Source: Adineta vaga (taxonomy: Eukaryota; Animalia; Rotifera). From it: a DNA stretch of 64,000 bases. The translations under genes and the position numbers were made by a program. The stretch is from contig CP075494.1 of NCBI GenBank assembly GCA_021613535.1, positions 5,890,001 to 5,954,000 on the forward strand, given 5' to 3'. The stretch's first letter is position 1; the number at the start of each line of letters is the position of its first letter. Of the stretch, positions 52,901-64,000 are shown piece by piece. The notes under the pieces were generated by a model, which did not search any database, was not told where the DNA came from, and saw only the letters and a list, made by a program, of their open reading frames with translations.

Positions 52901-55900
52901 GAAAACCATAGATGACCATCACTGAATTTCTTCTTAACAGATTGAGTAAATAAATGAGCAAAACTTTTCAATTCTTTTGCAGTTGCTAATGGAACAACAC
53001 GATCAACAAGTCCATCACCTTTTTCCACAGCAAGCCAATTGTCACAAATGAAGTAATTTCTTTGAAAGGAAAAAGAAAATTTAAATTAAAAAGTAAACGT
53101 GTCATTTTTTCCTTTACTTTTCCCCAGTTTGTAGATCTAAAACATTGATCATATTCAAATACCATGATGCTTTTGTTTTAAAACCAGAATTGTCATGCCA
53201 TACACGAAGGTAAAGTAATGGGCCGAGTGGAACTTCTACACTCATAACGAAATTTCGGACACTGCCAGATTTGAATTCCTGGAAAGAGGAGAAGAAAACA
53301 TTTTTGTTCTCGTCCAAAAATAATTGTATCGACGTTTTTTAATAGATTAGAAGAAAAAATAAAGGAACTTCTCCATTTACCAATTCAAATGGTTCGCACA
53401 CATCCTACTCGTATCATTAAATATGCCATTGCAGTTCTTGCTTTTGGTGTTATGACTTATTTTATCGTTACTTGTGTTCGATTATATTTCTGTAAATTAA
53501 TTCTTGAATTTCTAATCAACGAAATCCCTCATTATGCTTTTATTTCTCTTTCTAGCTTATCCAACACAAACACGAGTATCAATACGATTAAATCGTTCAC
53601 AATTATTTCCTGCTGTAACTATCTGTAGTGGAAATCCAGTTCGATATGATAAATATCTCATGCCTTTAATTGCTTATATTCAAGCAAATAATCTTTCAGC
53701 TTCACCTCCAAATATAACACGAAATGATATTTATTACAAAGCATTTAATTATATGATTGATCTATTCAATAAGAATAAAACTGATCAAGCAATGTCGTAC
53801 GGATTTCGATTAGAAGATATTCTACTCGATTGTAAATATAATGGATATGATTGCGAATCAATGTGGACAGAAACAATCTCACCAGTGTTAGGAAATTGTT
53901 ATACATTTAATCGACAAACAATCGATAAGAAAACAAATCTTTTTCAAATAAATCATGTTAACGGACGAACACAAAGTTTACACAGTGGTCTTATCATGAC
54001 ATTTTATTTAAATATTGAATTATATTTTCCATTATTAGAATACGGACTTGGTTTAACCGGTATTCTCCATCATTCCAATGAACAACCATTGATTCGATAT
54101 GCTGGAAAACGTTTTTCACCAGGTTTTGAACATACATTAGTATATGAAAAATCTGTTTCAACGTATCTTGGTTCACCATACTCATCATGTACAAACGATA
54201 TTCGAGATGATATGAAAGCATTATATAGTTATTTTGATAATAATACGGAATATATTTATTCCGAAACAGTTTGTTTGGAATTATGTCAACAAGAATTTAT
54301 GTATGAACAATGTGGATGTATTTATCCAGTTTATTTCTATTTAAATTATGTAAGAAAATGGTCTACTGATCAGATTTTTGTTGAATCAAATTTGTTTTTA
54401 GTTAATTATCGATGGACAATTACGATGGGTTCGAATATGTACACCATGGACAACAGAATATCAATGTACTATTCAAGCTCGATTTCATATCGCTAATAAT
54501 CCAAATCTGCAAGAACAACGATGTCCACATTGTCAATCACAATGTACGATTTATAAATATTCCAGTGATTTATCATCATTAAAAGGACCAAGTGATTCAC
54601 AAAAAGATTATTATAAGATGATGATACTATCCAATTCAACCATTCCAGTTAGACCAGATTTTCCGATGAATTCAAGTTATTATTTAGATCGAAATTATTT
54701 GAAATTATCAATTGTATCTTTGAATCCATATGAAATTGTCTACGAAGAGAAACCAACTTATTTATGGTCAGCATTTATATCTGATCTTGGTGGACAAAGT
54801 GGTTTGTAAGTGAAACAAATTCAAAGAAAGAAAAAAGAAGAAGTGAATATCATGTTTCTTTGATTTAGATGGTTGGGTCTTAGTGTCATCAGTATTCTTG
54901 GCGTAATGGAATATGTATATAAAAAAGCGCATGTTATTCGATTACAACGAAAGACAAAATGTGACGTTCAAGCATTTGAAAAAGAAGTCGAAACTGTTGC
55001 CGATGAAAGATTATAAATCATAAACTTACTTGATTTTTTCCATCTGTTAATTTTCTAACACCACTATCTGATGCTTCACCCGACATAACGAAACTAATAT
55101 TTGATGTTGTACTCGCTTCTTTTCCAACACCCGTATGAACTGTAATTAAATAATGATAACTATCAATAGGAAGGTTATCAACAAGTGGCGCAGCTGTCCA
55201 CTAAAAATAAATTTTTTGAAAAATAGTTCAATTTTTATTGCATCGAACTTACTTTAACCAAATCTTGCCTATCTTTTCGTCTTGCCCAAATTGCTGCAAT
55301 GACATATAAACCAAAGATTACAATAACTGTACTGAATACAGCAGCATTTTCATGTAATGTTTTAAATTTTGTAAAAACTGTTTTAAAATCAATAGTATTG
55401 GGTGGAACATAGAAATCACTACCAAAGGTTGTCAAATGTGTGCAAAGACATTCTGTTGATTTCAATATTGTTAAAGAGCCAACCTAGAAGAAGAAAATAA
55501 TAACAACATTGATGAATTAATTCTAGGAGAAAATAAATTTACTTCGCATCCATCAGAACTCCATACATATCGTTTTTCGTCCCAGTATTGACATTTTGAT
55601 ACATACATATTTACTGTATAACTTGAATTGTATTCAGTTAAATTCATTCGTGTACTTGCATCTAAAATTTAATCAATAACATCAAAACAATTCTTTCCTT
55701 TCAACATTAAGAAATACATACTTAGTAATCGAACGCCAAAAATGTAAGTTCCATTACCCTTATGAACACTTGGTGGCATGAAAATTGTATGTCTAATTTC
55801 ATGTTCATCAGCTGCATTCACATCACTTAGAGCTGTTCGATTCGGTAAAACAAATAACATGTCAAATTTCGATTCTGTTGGTGGTTCTAATAAAGTTTCA

Positions 55901-58900
55901 TTTTCTCCAAAAGAAACATAAACAGCATAAATATCCATTGGTGAATCATTTGGAGCAACATAGATGGATAAAGTCATATGTTTTTCTGGCAGAGTGACTT
56001 TGTGATAACGAAATGTGGTACCATGTGATTCATGAATTTGATATTTGGGTTGTTTGTCAATTGGTCTTGATAGGCGAATGGCAATTGGTTTGGTTGTATT
56101 TTGTACAGGCATTTCAGATCCGTCAGGTCGTGAAAGAATGATAGTAACAACACTGCCTTGAACACCAGTATTACCATTTGCACTTGCATATGGATTTTCT
56201 TTTGATTCGAGTACTTTCGTGAATACATTTGAACCACCAGAATCAGAATTTAAATCATTGAAACTGGGAAGACGGATATTTGTATCACCAGCAGATAAAC
56301 TTGAATGACCTTGTATTTAAGAGAAAAAACAACAAAATTTAATTGAGAAACGTTTTCATGAGATAAGATGCATACCATCAGGAGATGCTTTAGTAAAAGT
56401 CATTGCCATTGATTTACTTTCGATGGTTTTTGCTTCATCACCTGATGAACGATTTGTTAGAACATCACCAACTGTAAATAAGCCAGTAGCACTTCGTTTA
56501 GCAATACGTGAAGCCTATTAAAAACAAAAATTGAAGAAAAAAAAACACGAAAAATAAGTAAACGTTCATACTCGTTCTCTTCCTTTGATAATGGTTTTCT
56601 TTTCTTCTTCTAATTTCAATCGATATGCTTCCCATCGTTCTTCAGGTAAAGTATCACATTCATCACAATCATCATAAAATTTTGTTGGAGCATACAAAAC
56701 TTTCGTGTCTATTTCTTCTTCCCCTTCTTCTTCTTCTTCGTTTGTTGCAGGTTGTTTCATTTCTGCTTCAAGACTCTATATGTTGTAGCGAAGAATACAT
56801 TATTTGATTAAGATAAATAGTTTTACTTACTTCAATGACAGCAGTAGGATCGTTGTCTCTATTTTTCGAAACGGTTTTTGATGCAGCTTGAAGAACATTA
56901 CCACCAACATCCATCAATGCTAGAAATCAATCACATATTTTCGAATGAAAATGAAATGAAATGAAAATACATACATGAGGCTAAACCAGTAACTGTATTA
57001 TCATCAGCTGATTCCATACCTTTCACTTTATTTCCAACTTTTTCAATAATATCAGCACCTTTTTCCTACAATTCAAAATTTTATATTCAAATTAAATGAA
57101 AATAAAACGAATCAAACTTGATTATTCAATGGCATTTGATCACTATTTGCTGTCACTGTTGTACTAGCTTTCAATACTTTATCGACCATATTCGGGTCAT
57201 TTGATCCTTCAATTACTGTATCCATTGATGATAACATTTTTGATCGCATCTAAATTTTATATTACTTCCTATTTGTTTCGTTACAAATCTCAGCATACTT
57301 ACAGATGCCATTCGTCCATTCATTGCTTCTCGATCAGCATCACTTATTTCACCAGTAGTCTATAGAAAGAAAAGCATATTATTATTTTCTATCCAAAAGA
57401 GCAATTACTTACAGAATTATCACTCATTTCATTAAGTTTATCAGCAAGACTTGAAATTAATTCCACTGCTTTCTTTGGATTAGTTGCTGCTAAATTTTCT
57501 AAATTACCCATTGCCTCTTCTAATAAACTTAAATCTTCTGTTTCAAAAACAATCTTCATTTGTTTTTCAACTTCCAAACGTGCAATCAATTGTCGTCCAT
57601 CAGTCAAATGACGAACAATCAATAGAAAATGAAGTGTACCATTACTAAAATCTAAATCTTGTTCACTAATATTGAATGTTTTTGTTATTGGATCGAATTG
57701 AATCACTGATTTATTTTTCGTTTGTTTTGGATTTGATAAAAGACAATGATTCTCATAAATTTGAATATTTAATTCCGAACGACGAGTAATTAATGTAAAA
57801 TTATTCCATTGAATTGACCAACTATTATGATTTTGTGAATTAGTTTCTGTCGGTCTTGTTGAACCGAGTTGAAGTGTATCGGGAATGAAAATAGATGATT
57901 GTAATTCTGCTGGATAACATAGTAATGTAAAATTAACTTTTCGACGATCAAATTCTTTCGTATCTGGATCACTTGTTGAAGAATAGAAATCTAATTGAAG
58001 TGTATCATGATCATTTGTCAATGTATCATTTCCACCGAAGGTTGTTTCTAAATTCGAACGAATAATTTCAATTGGTTGAATGAATTGTCGAAAATCGGAT
58101 GGATTTGTACTGACACTAACAGTAAAAACAGCGATATAATATCCATGTGAAAGAGATTTTGGTTCGATGATTAATGTCGATTTTGGACCAATTTCTGAAC
58201 AATCTTTCGAAAGATATGTGTCTTGAAAGGATTGATACATTGAATGAGAATATCGTTGTGAACGTGAATATTTCCATTGAGATGGATCAACGGATAGAAG
58301 ATAAAATGAATAACTAAAATCATTTTCTGAACAATTACTAAGAATTGTTGGTTCAAGATTGTGTTGAAGAGTATAAGGAAGAAGTAATACAGGTGAAGTT
58401 GATGTGATATTATTAAAAGCATTAGGAGAACTAAGAGAAAGTTGTTGTTCAGGAAAGCATGTTTCTTCCGGTTGAGTAATACCATTGACAATAGTTATTG
58501 TTGGACATTTGATTTCAATAGTAAGAAGTTTAGATGATGGTTGAGTAAATGTTACATCGATTTTATATGTACCAGCTTTGTTAAATCTAGAAAAACGAAG
58601 TATTATTATTGATATTTCGTATTCTAATGAATATATAAAACATTCTCTCTTACTTATATCCAACTTGCAATCGTTGTTTAGAAAGACGTTTCCATTGTAT
58701 TTCATGTTCACCATCATTTTTCTTTATTATACGATTCATTTGACTTGCCATAATTTGTCCATAACGAATTGAAACTTTCTTTACATTTCCATAATCAACT
58801 TGAATATCAAAACCAATACCATTGATCCATTGAATATCTACCCAAACAAAATCTTCATTAACAAAAGCAATTTGATTTACAACATAAACTTGTGGCTTAA

Positions 58901-61900
58901 CGGTTATATCCGTTCCAATGGTAAATGTTGTTTGTGCTTCACGTATTGTTGGAAAATCACCACCACGAACATGTAATGTTTGTCTACCATATGTTGTTAT
59001 ATTCATATAGAATTGTTCAGTGAAATCATTTGATGATAATAATTGTATACGTTCAGTACGTGTTTGATTTTTTTCATTAATACTTGTACTATCTACAATA
59101 GTTAATGTAAATATACCTTCGAATGGAATACGTTCTAATGCATGAATAGTAACCGATGTTAATTGATTAATATCATGACGATCTTCGATTTCCACTTTAA
59201 ATGGTGATAATGGTTCTTCAACATCAATACGAATAGATTGATTGACTAAATTAATACGATTAATTGCACTAACTAATGGTTGATATTGACCAGGTTTGGA
59301 ATAAGTACAATTAGCCACAACAATTGGTGACATGTCAGTTACATGTTGAATATGAATGATTTCTAAAGGAGCTGAAGGTGTATTGCAATCGAAAATAATG
59401 GTCAGATCAACAGTAGGTTCAAGAGTAATAGAAAATTGAATTGATTGACCACTTTTAATGATTGTTTGTGATGCTTCAATATCTAAGGATCGAACAGCTG
59501 GTTGAACATTAATGTAATAAGCTTGTAATGATACATTATCACATTCAAGTTGATACATATGTTTACCAACAGGTAATACCTAAATGGAAAGATTTGAATA
59601 TTATAATGTTATATTGATTAATGCACAAGTTGTATGAATAACTTACATCATTTGGAATAACTTCTAAACTTTTTCGTCTCCAAATTAATTTCATTTTATC
59701 ATCTGTAATCATATTTCTTAAATAAAGACAATTTGCATGTCGAAATGAATAATCTTCTTTGGAGATTAAGTTAAATCGACTTGCACTTCCTGTGTCCATT
59801 AAATTTTCATGAATAATCATCTTTTGATTCATTCTTTCTCGTCGAATTGTACGCGTTAGTTGTGTTGTATTTGTGCTACGATCATTGTAACAACGAGCTG
59901 TTACATTATATTGTCCATAACGAGTATAGTTCCGAGAGAAATAAGCTGTATAATATTGATGACGACTTGTACCATTTGTTTGATGATGTCCATCACCGTA
60001 ATCAACTGTACAATTGATTGGTATACTTCCTACAAAAGAATAAAAAGAAAATAAGAGAAAAGAAATGAATTGATGTGCAGATGGTAGTTTACCATATGTT
60101 TGTACGGTAAAGTTTTGAAATTTTTGACCATCACGATTATCAGGTGTGAAATGAACAAATTGTAATGGTAAATCTGTTTTGATATAAACAACATCAACAT
60201 AAACAGTACGATATTCAGCCATTTCATGATTAACAATTCGACGATAATCAGCACGAAATTGTACTTTCTTAGCACCTTCACTCTTCCATGAAAGATTGAC
60301 CTTTATTTTTCAAAAGAAATTATTCAAGAGAATCGTTTTTATTTTGAAATAAATCGAGAAACTTACAACACCAGGTGTAATGTAAATTTCATGTGAACTG
60401 TTTGTATTTGTATTTTCTTGTCCTTCGATATCACCATAGACAGTTAATGAAGCAAGATTTCGTTCATTTTTGATCAAAACTACGATTTCAACACCTTCAT
60501 TGATTTGAACACGCGTTCGACCATGATTAAGAAAACTCGAATCAGCCATACGAATTTCAAGACCTACAAGAATTTAAGCATACAATTCTGTCTTATAACA
60601 ATAGAATATAATATGTCTCGATTGAGAAAGCTATAACTTAGAATACATCGTAGAAAAACACACTGTAATGAGGTTATGAAACATTAGTTAGATACGTCGG
60701 TGGCCTTAAGAATTGATATGAAGAACTGTTATCGAAGTGCGATATAACTATTTCTCACTTTTTGCATTCCCTAAAGAATATATTCACGCATTGTACTTTT
60801 CACATCTATCTAACACTTCACTCTTACACTTAGATCGTAGTAACAATTAATACATACCAACTTCACTATCGATTAGATCAATAACGTTTGATACTGTTAA
60901 TACATGCCATTGTCCATTATTTCGACATGATTTACTTGGTTTTTCCAATGAACATTGACATTTAGTTATATGATCTTTAAATGCGGAATCGAATTCATAA
61001 GTACTTTGAATACATCCACAATGCTTATCTGAGGGTGAATAAAAAGCAATCTATTTAAAAAAGACGATCATGAGAGAAATTAAAAAGATCAATTGAAAAC
61101 AAACATTCATCTTTCGTCCATAACAGTCAGATCGACATTGTTGCCAATGATCATATTTTTCTGGAATGACATATTGATGAATTAAGTCAATTTCTTTTAA
61201 ACATTCCATTGATATACGATCCAATGGTACTAAATTCATAACATTAAATTTTATGTTTTTTTTGTTAATATATCAAAAAGAATACAAACCATTAGCAATT
61301 TCTTCTTCCGTTAAAGTTCGTTCATAGTAAACCATTTCATCGAATTTAATCAATCCTGTATCATTGGCATAGATCATAGCTTGTTTAGGATGTAATTCAC
61401 TGTATTTGAATGCAAACACTTCTGTATAATTTTCCATTTGTGTTTCTTTATAAAAATGTCCATCGAAAAAGATACTCATTTGATGATGTTGTCCAAATGT
61501 TGTAACACGTTGTTCAATAGTAACAACAACATCAATCCAATTGTTCACTTCTAAATCAGCTTCAACTTGCCAGAAATAAGCAAATTGATCATTTCGAAAT
61601 TCTTTTAAACCAAATTCTAAATACGATGTATTCTTTGATTGATAGAGATAAATAGACATGCCATCACCATGTGGTTCATGTGCACCGGTACTAAATACTA
61701 AAGATTTTCGTTCTCGATCAACAATTTGAAATGGATTGAGATATAATTTAAATCTTAATGACCATCCATGTGCTGAACATTGGGATAATTGTCGAAAACA
61801 ATTAAAATCTTCATTTGATAAACGATAGAATCCATCTGCATCAGATTTAGTTTGCGAACGATCAAGTAGAAGTTTTCCATCTAATGAAAAACAAAAATTC

Positions 61901-62013
61901 ATATATATATATGATTTCTAACGAATAGCTGAGGTAAACATACCTTCAACTTGAAGAGAATAATTTAATTGAATTAAGATTATAAATGAAACAAAAAACA
62001 CCGGGATTTTCAT
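49963..62013 (-). CDS. Polycystin-1-like protein (PKD1L family), >20 exons
   Basis: Signal peptide MKIPVFFVSFIILIQ, LamG-like exon, PKD-like repeats (VDYGDG) and REJ-like region. GPS CQYWDE..WSSDGC..CLCTHLTTFG, TM1, PLAT (YLITVHTG..LRVWHDNSG) and HLWFSV..SNFTRLQR. TOP domain (RIRQLRV, WLDQLTRAV) and channel TMs. Stop at 49963. Confidence 0.93.
53389..55016 (+). CDS. DEG/ENaC (ASIC-like) sodium channel subunit nested antisense in a polycystin intron, at least 4 exons
   Basis: TM1, then SYPTQT, FPAVTICSGNP, LGNCYTFN, G.RFSPGFEH, Cys-rich thumb and TM2 ISDLGGQSGLWLGLSVISIL. Introns 53492-53555, 54350-54401 and ~54806-54868. The true N-terminus may extend upstream of 53389. Confidence 0.92.
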
Positions 62014-63552
62014 GTTACCGACGTCAATTGTAATTTGAGTGACTGTCGTCGATATATTATTCGAAACGACTGAATGAAATAAGAAACTATAGTTCAGAAA
62101 GCTTTATTCCTTTCTCTCTCTCTCTCTTTCTCCGGTGTATTGTACGACTTATTTTAATCATTTTATGATTAAATACGTATAAAAAATGTCTATAGAGAAA
62201 TCTAATTTTCTCAATCGATCGACGTCATTGACTAATAAGAAGGTAAAAGTAAATGAATATTTTTCATCTTACATCTTTTGTTTCTATTTGACATGAAATG
62301 TATGGGGAAATTGTTGAACAAAAACAATAAATCTATCTGGAAATTAAAAAATAATAATAAGATCGGTCACGAAAGTAGAACATAAGGTCATTATATATAT
62401 ATATATATGTATTGTTGTTTTTGATTGATAATTATTTTTGAAAAAGGTCCTTACGATTGATTAATAAACTTACCAGAAAAGTCTGAGAATGAATATTATT
62501 CTATGACGTCAATAATCTAGAAAATACCAATGAGAATTGTTGTTCAGTTTCTGACTTTTGTTCAATCTACTTTTTCACTGGAATATCAGACATTATGTCG
62601 AGAGATTATTATAAACAAATCGAAATCACGATAACTTTTATTATTCATCTATCTTCAGTCAGATTCGAATATACATATATTGTTCAGTGAAAACTCAACG
62701 TTTTCATACCTTGATACGATATTGGCAAACATAATCAAGATAATTGTCATACTAAATTCATTCAAATACGATGACACTTTGATCATACTATAAAAAGTGA
62801 ATGTCCTTTTTTTATGACTTGATTTTTATCAAGAAACGTGTTTTGACAACACATTATTTAGTTGATTGAAATTGTGCCATTGCTGACTTATCACGAATAA
62901 TTCCATTATTAATTATTTGCATACTCTCTACAATATTCTGAAATACATAAATACAAATATGAATTTGATTAATAGACATCGAACGATATTTTGTAATTGA
63001 TGTGAATTATTGTAATACTATTATTTATTAACTTTCAAAGCGTCAGTAATTATCATTACAATCAATATTAGATTTACCTATTGCCTGTTCATACAAAAAG
63101 ACATCGGAGAAAAAATATTTTTGTTACACTAAGTCCTGATGTTTCGTCTTGAACTAGCATTACAAAACGATTTATATTCACAGTTCTCTCTCGATCTTGA
63201 TTTTGACAATAACAAACATGTTATTGTTAGTAGAAGATAAACCGTATTGATTATAATTTGTAAATAAAATGATGTCACAGATCAACATCAGCACGAGAAA
63301 GAAAAGGGAAACATTGTCAAGAGTTTTTTTACAACCTTGAAAAAATTCAAAAAAGTCTACAAACAAGTATTTTTTTTTCTTTCTTTTGTAAATAGATAAT
63401 CATTTCTATTGACAATTCAAATGGCTTTTCTCTCTTATTTTGTTTCAATGATAAATTACTGAGTAAAATTCGCTGAAAGATTTTAAATCATTCCTATTCA
63501 AATGTTAGTAAAACAAAATTATCTAATTGCATATATTCTTTACTTTTTCTAG

Positions 63553-64000
63553 ATGTCTACAGATTCCCAAACGAATGATATAAACAAATTTATTGAGAAT
63601 AATTTAAAATCTCGTACATGTAAGGTTTATAATCGACAGGCCAAGCCAGCCAAAGATAAACCAGAAGATGCATGCGCATGCGGACGATTAATTCGCTGTC
63701 ATAGTTTCTCAGGTGAGTCTCAGCAAGTTCAGGCAAAAAAGAACAATAAATTCGACTGGAAGCTTCCCCCGAAATTTCAAACCAAACATTACAGCACAGC
63801 TGCTCCTGTTAGTGTATATGGAGAATTAGAATTCAAATCTAACAGTTGTCAATTTCTGCGATTGGAAAATCAGTCGGATCCGAAAAATGTCTATGACTAT
63901 TTGGTTAAATGTTGTGAAGGAAAAAAACCAGCCATGATTCTAAGTGTTTATGGTGGTGCGAAATATTTTACAATGACAGAACGGTTACAAAAAGAAATTA
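63553..64000 (+). CDS. TRPM-family cation channel, N-terminal part (runs off window; absent from ORF track)
   Basis: MSTDSQTNDINKFIENNLKSRTC..CACGRLIRCHS..VSVYGELEF..FLRL..PAMILSVYGGAKYFTM matches the TRPM MHR1/SLOG N-terminus. Confidence 0.85.
   Translation, partial: MSTDSQTNDINKFIENNLKSRTCKVYNRQAKPAKDKPEDACACGRLIRCHSFSGESQQVQAKKNNKFDWKLPPKFQTKHYSTAAPVSVYGELEFKSNSCQFLRLENQSDPKNVYDYLVKCCEGKKPAMILSVYGGAKYFTMTERLQKEI

Overview
This is AT-rich eukaryotic (animal) genomic DNA with dense genes and very short GT-AG introns, mostly 50-65 nt. The receiver-ART-TPR paralogs, divergent two-exon GPCRs, microbe-like intronless enzymes and tiny introns suggest a bdelloid rotifer (inference). Housekeeping genes are NOG2/GNL2, SMC2, Rab1, FAM161, an SLC35A-type transporter and HemK. 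Accessory genes are a Cys-rich secreted protein, AOAH, a Crypton-derived DUF3504 protein, a PhoD-like phosphatase, an S9 peptidase, a tachykinin-like neuropeptide precursor, two GPCR paralogs, two ART-TPR paralogs and a disrupted CheD-like deamidase. The most striking structure is at the right end. A ~12 kb polycystin-1-like gene carries an antisense DEG/ENaC channel gene that almost exactly fills one intron in its PLAT domain, and a TRPM gene starts divergently ~1.5 kb away. All calls come from reading motifs by eye; no database searches were run. Multi-exon coordinates give the genomic span from start to stop.
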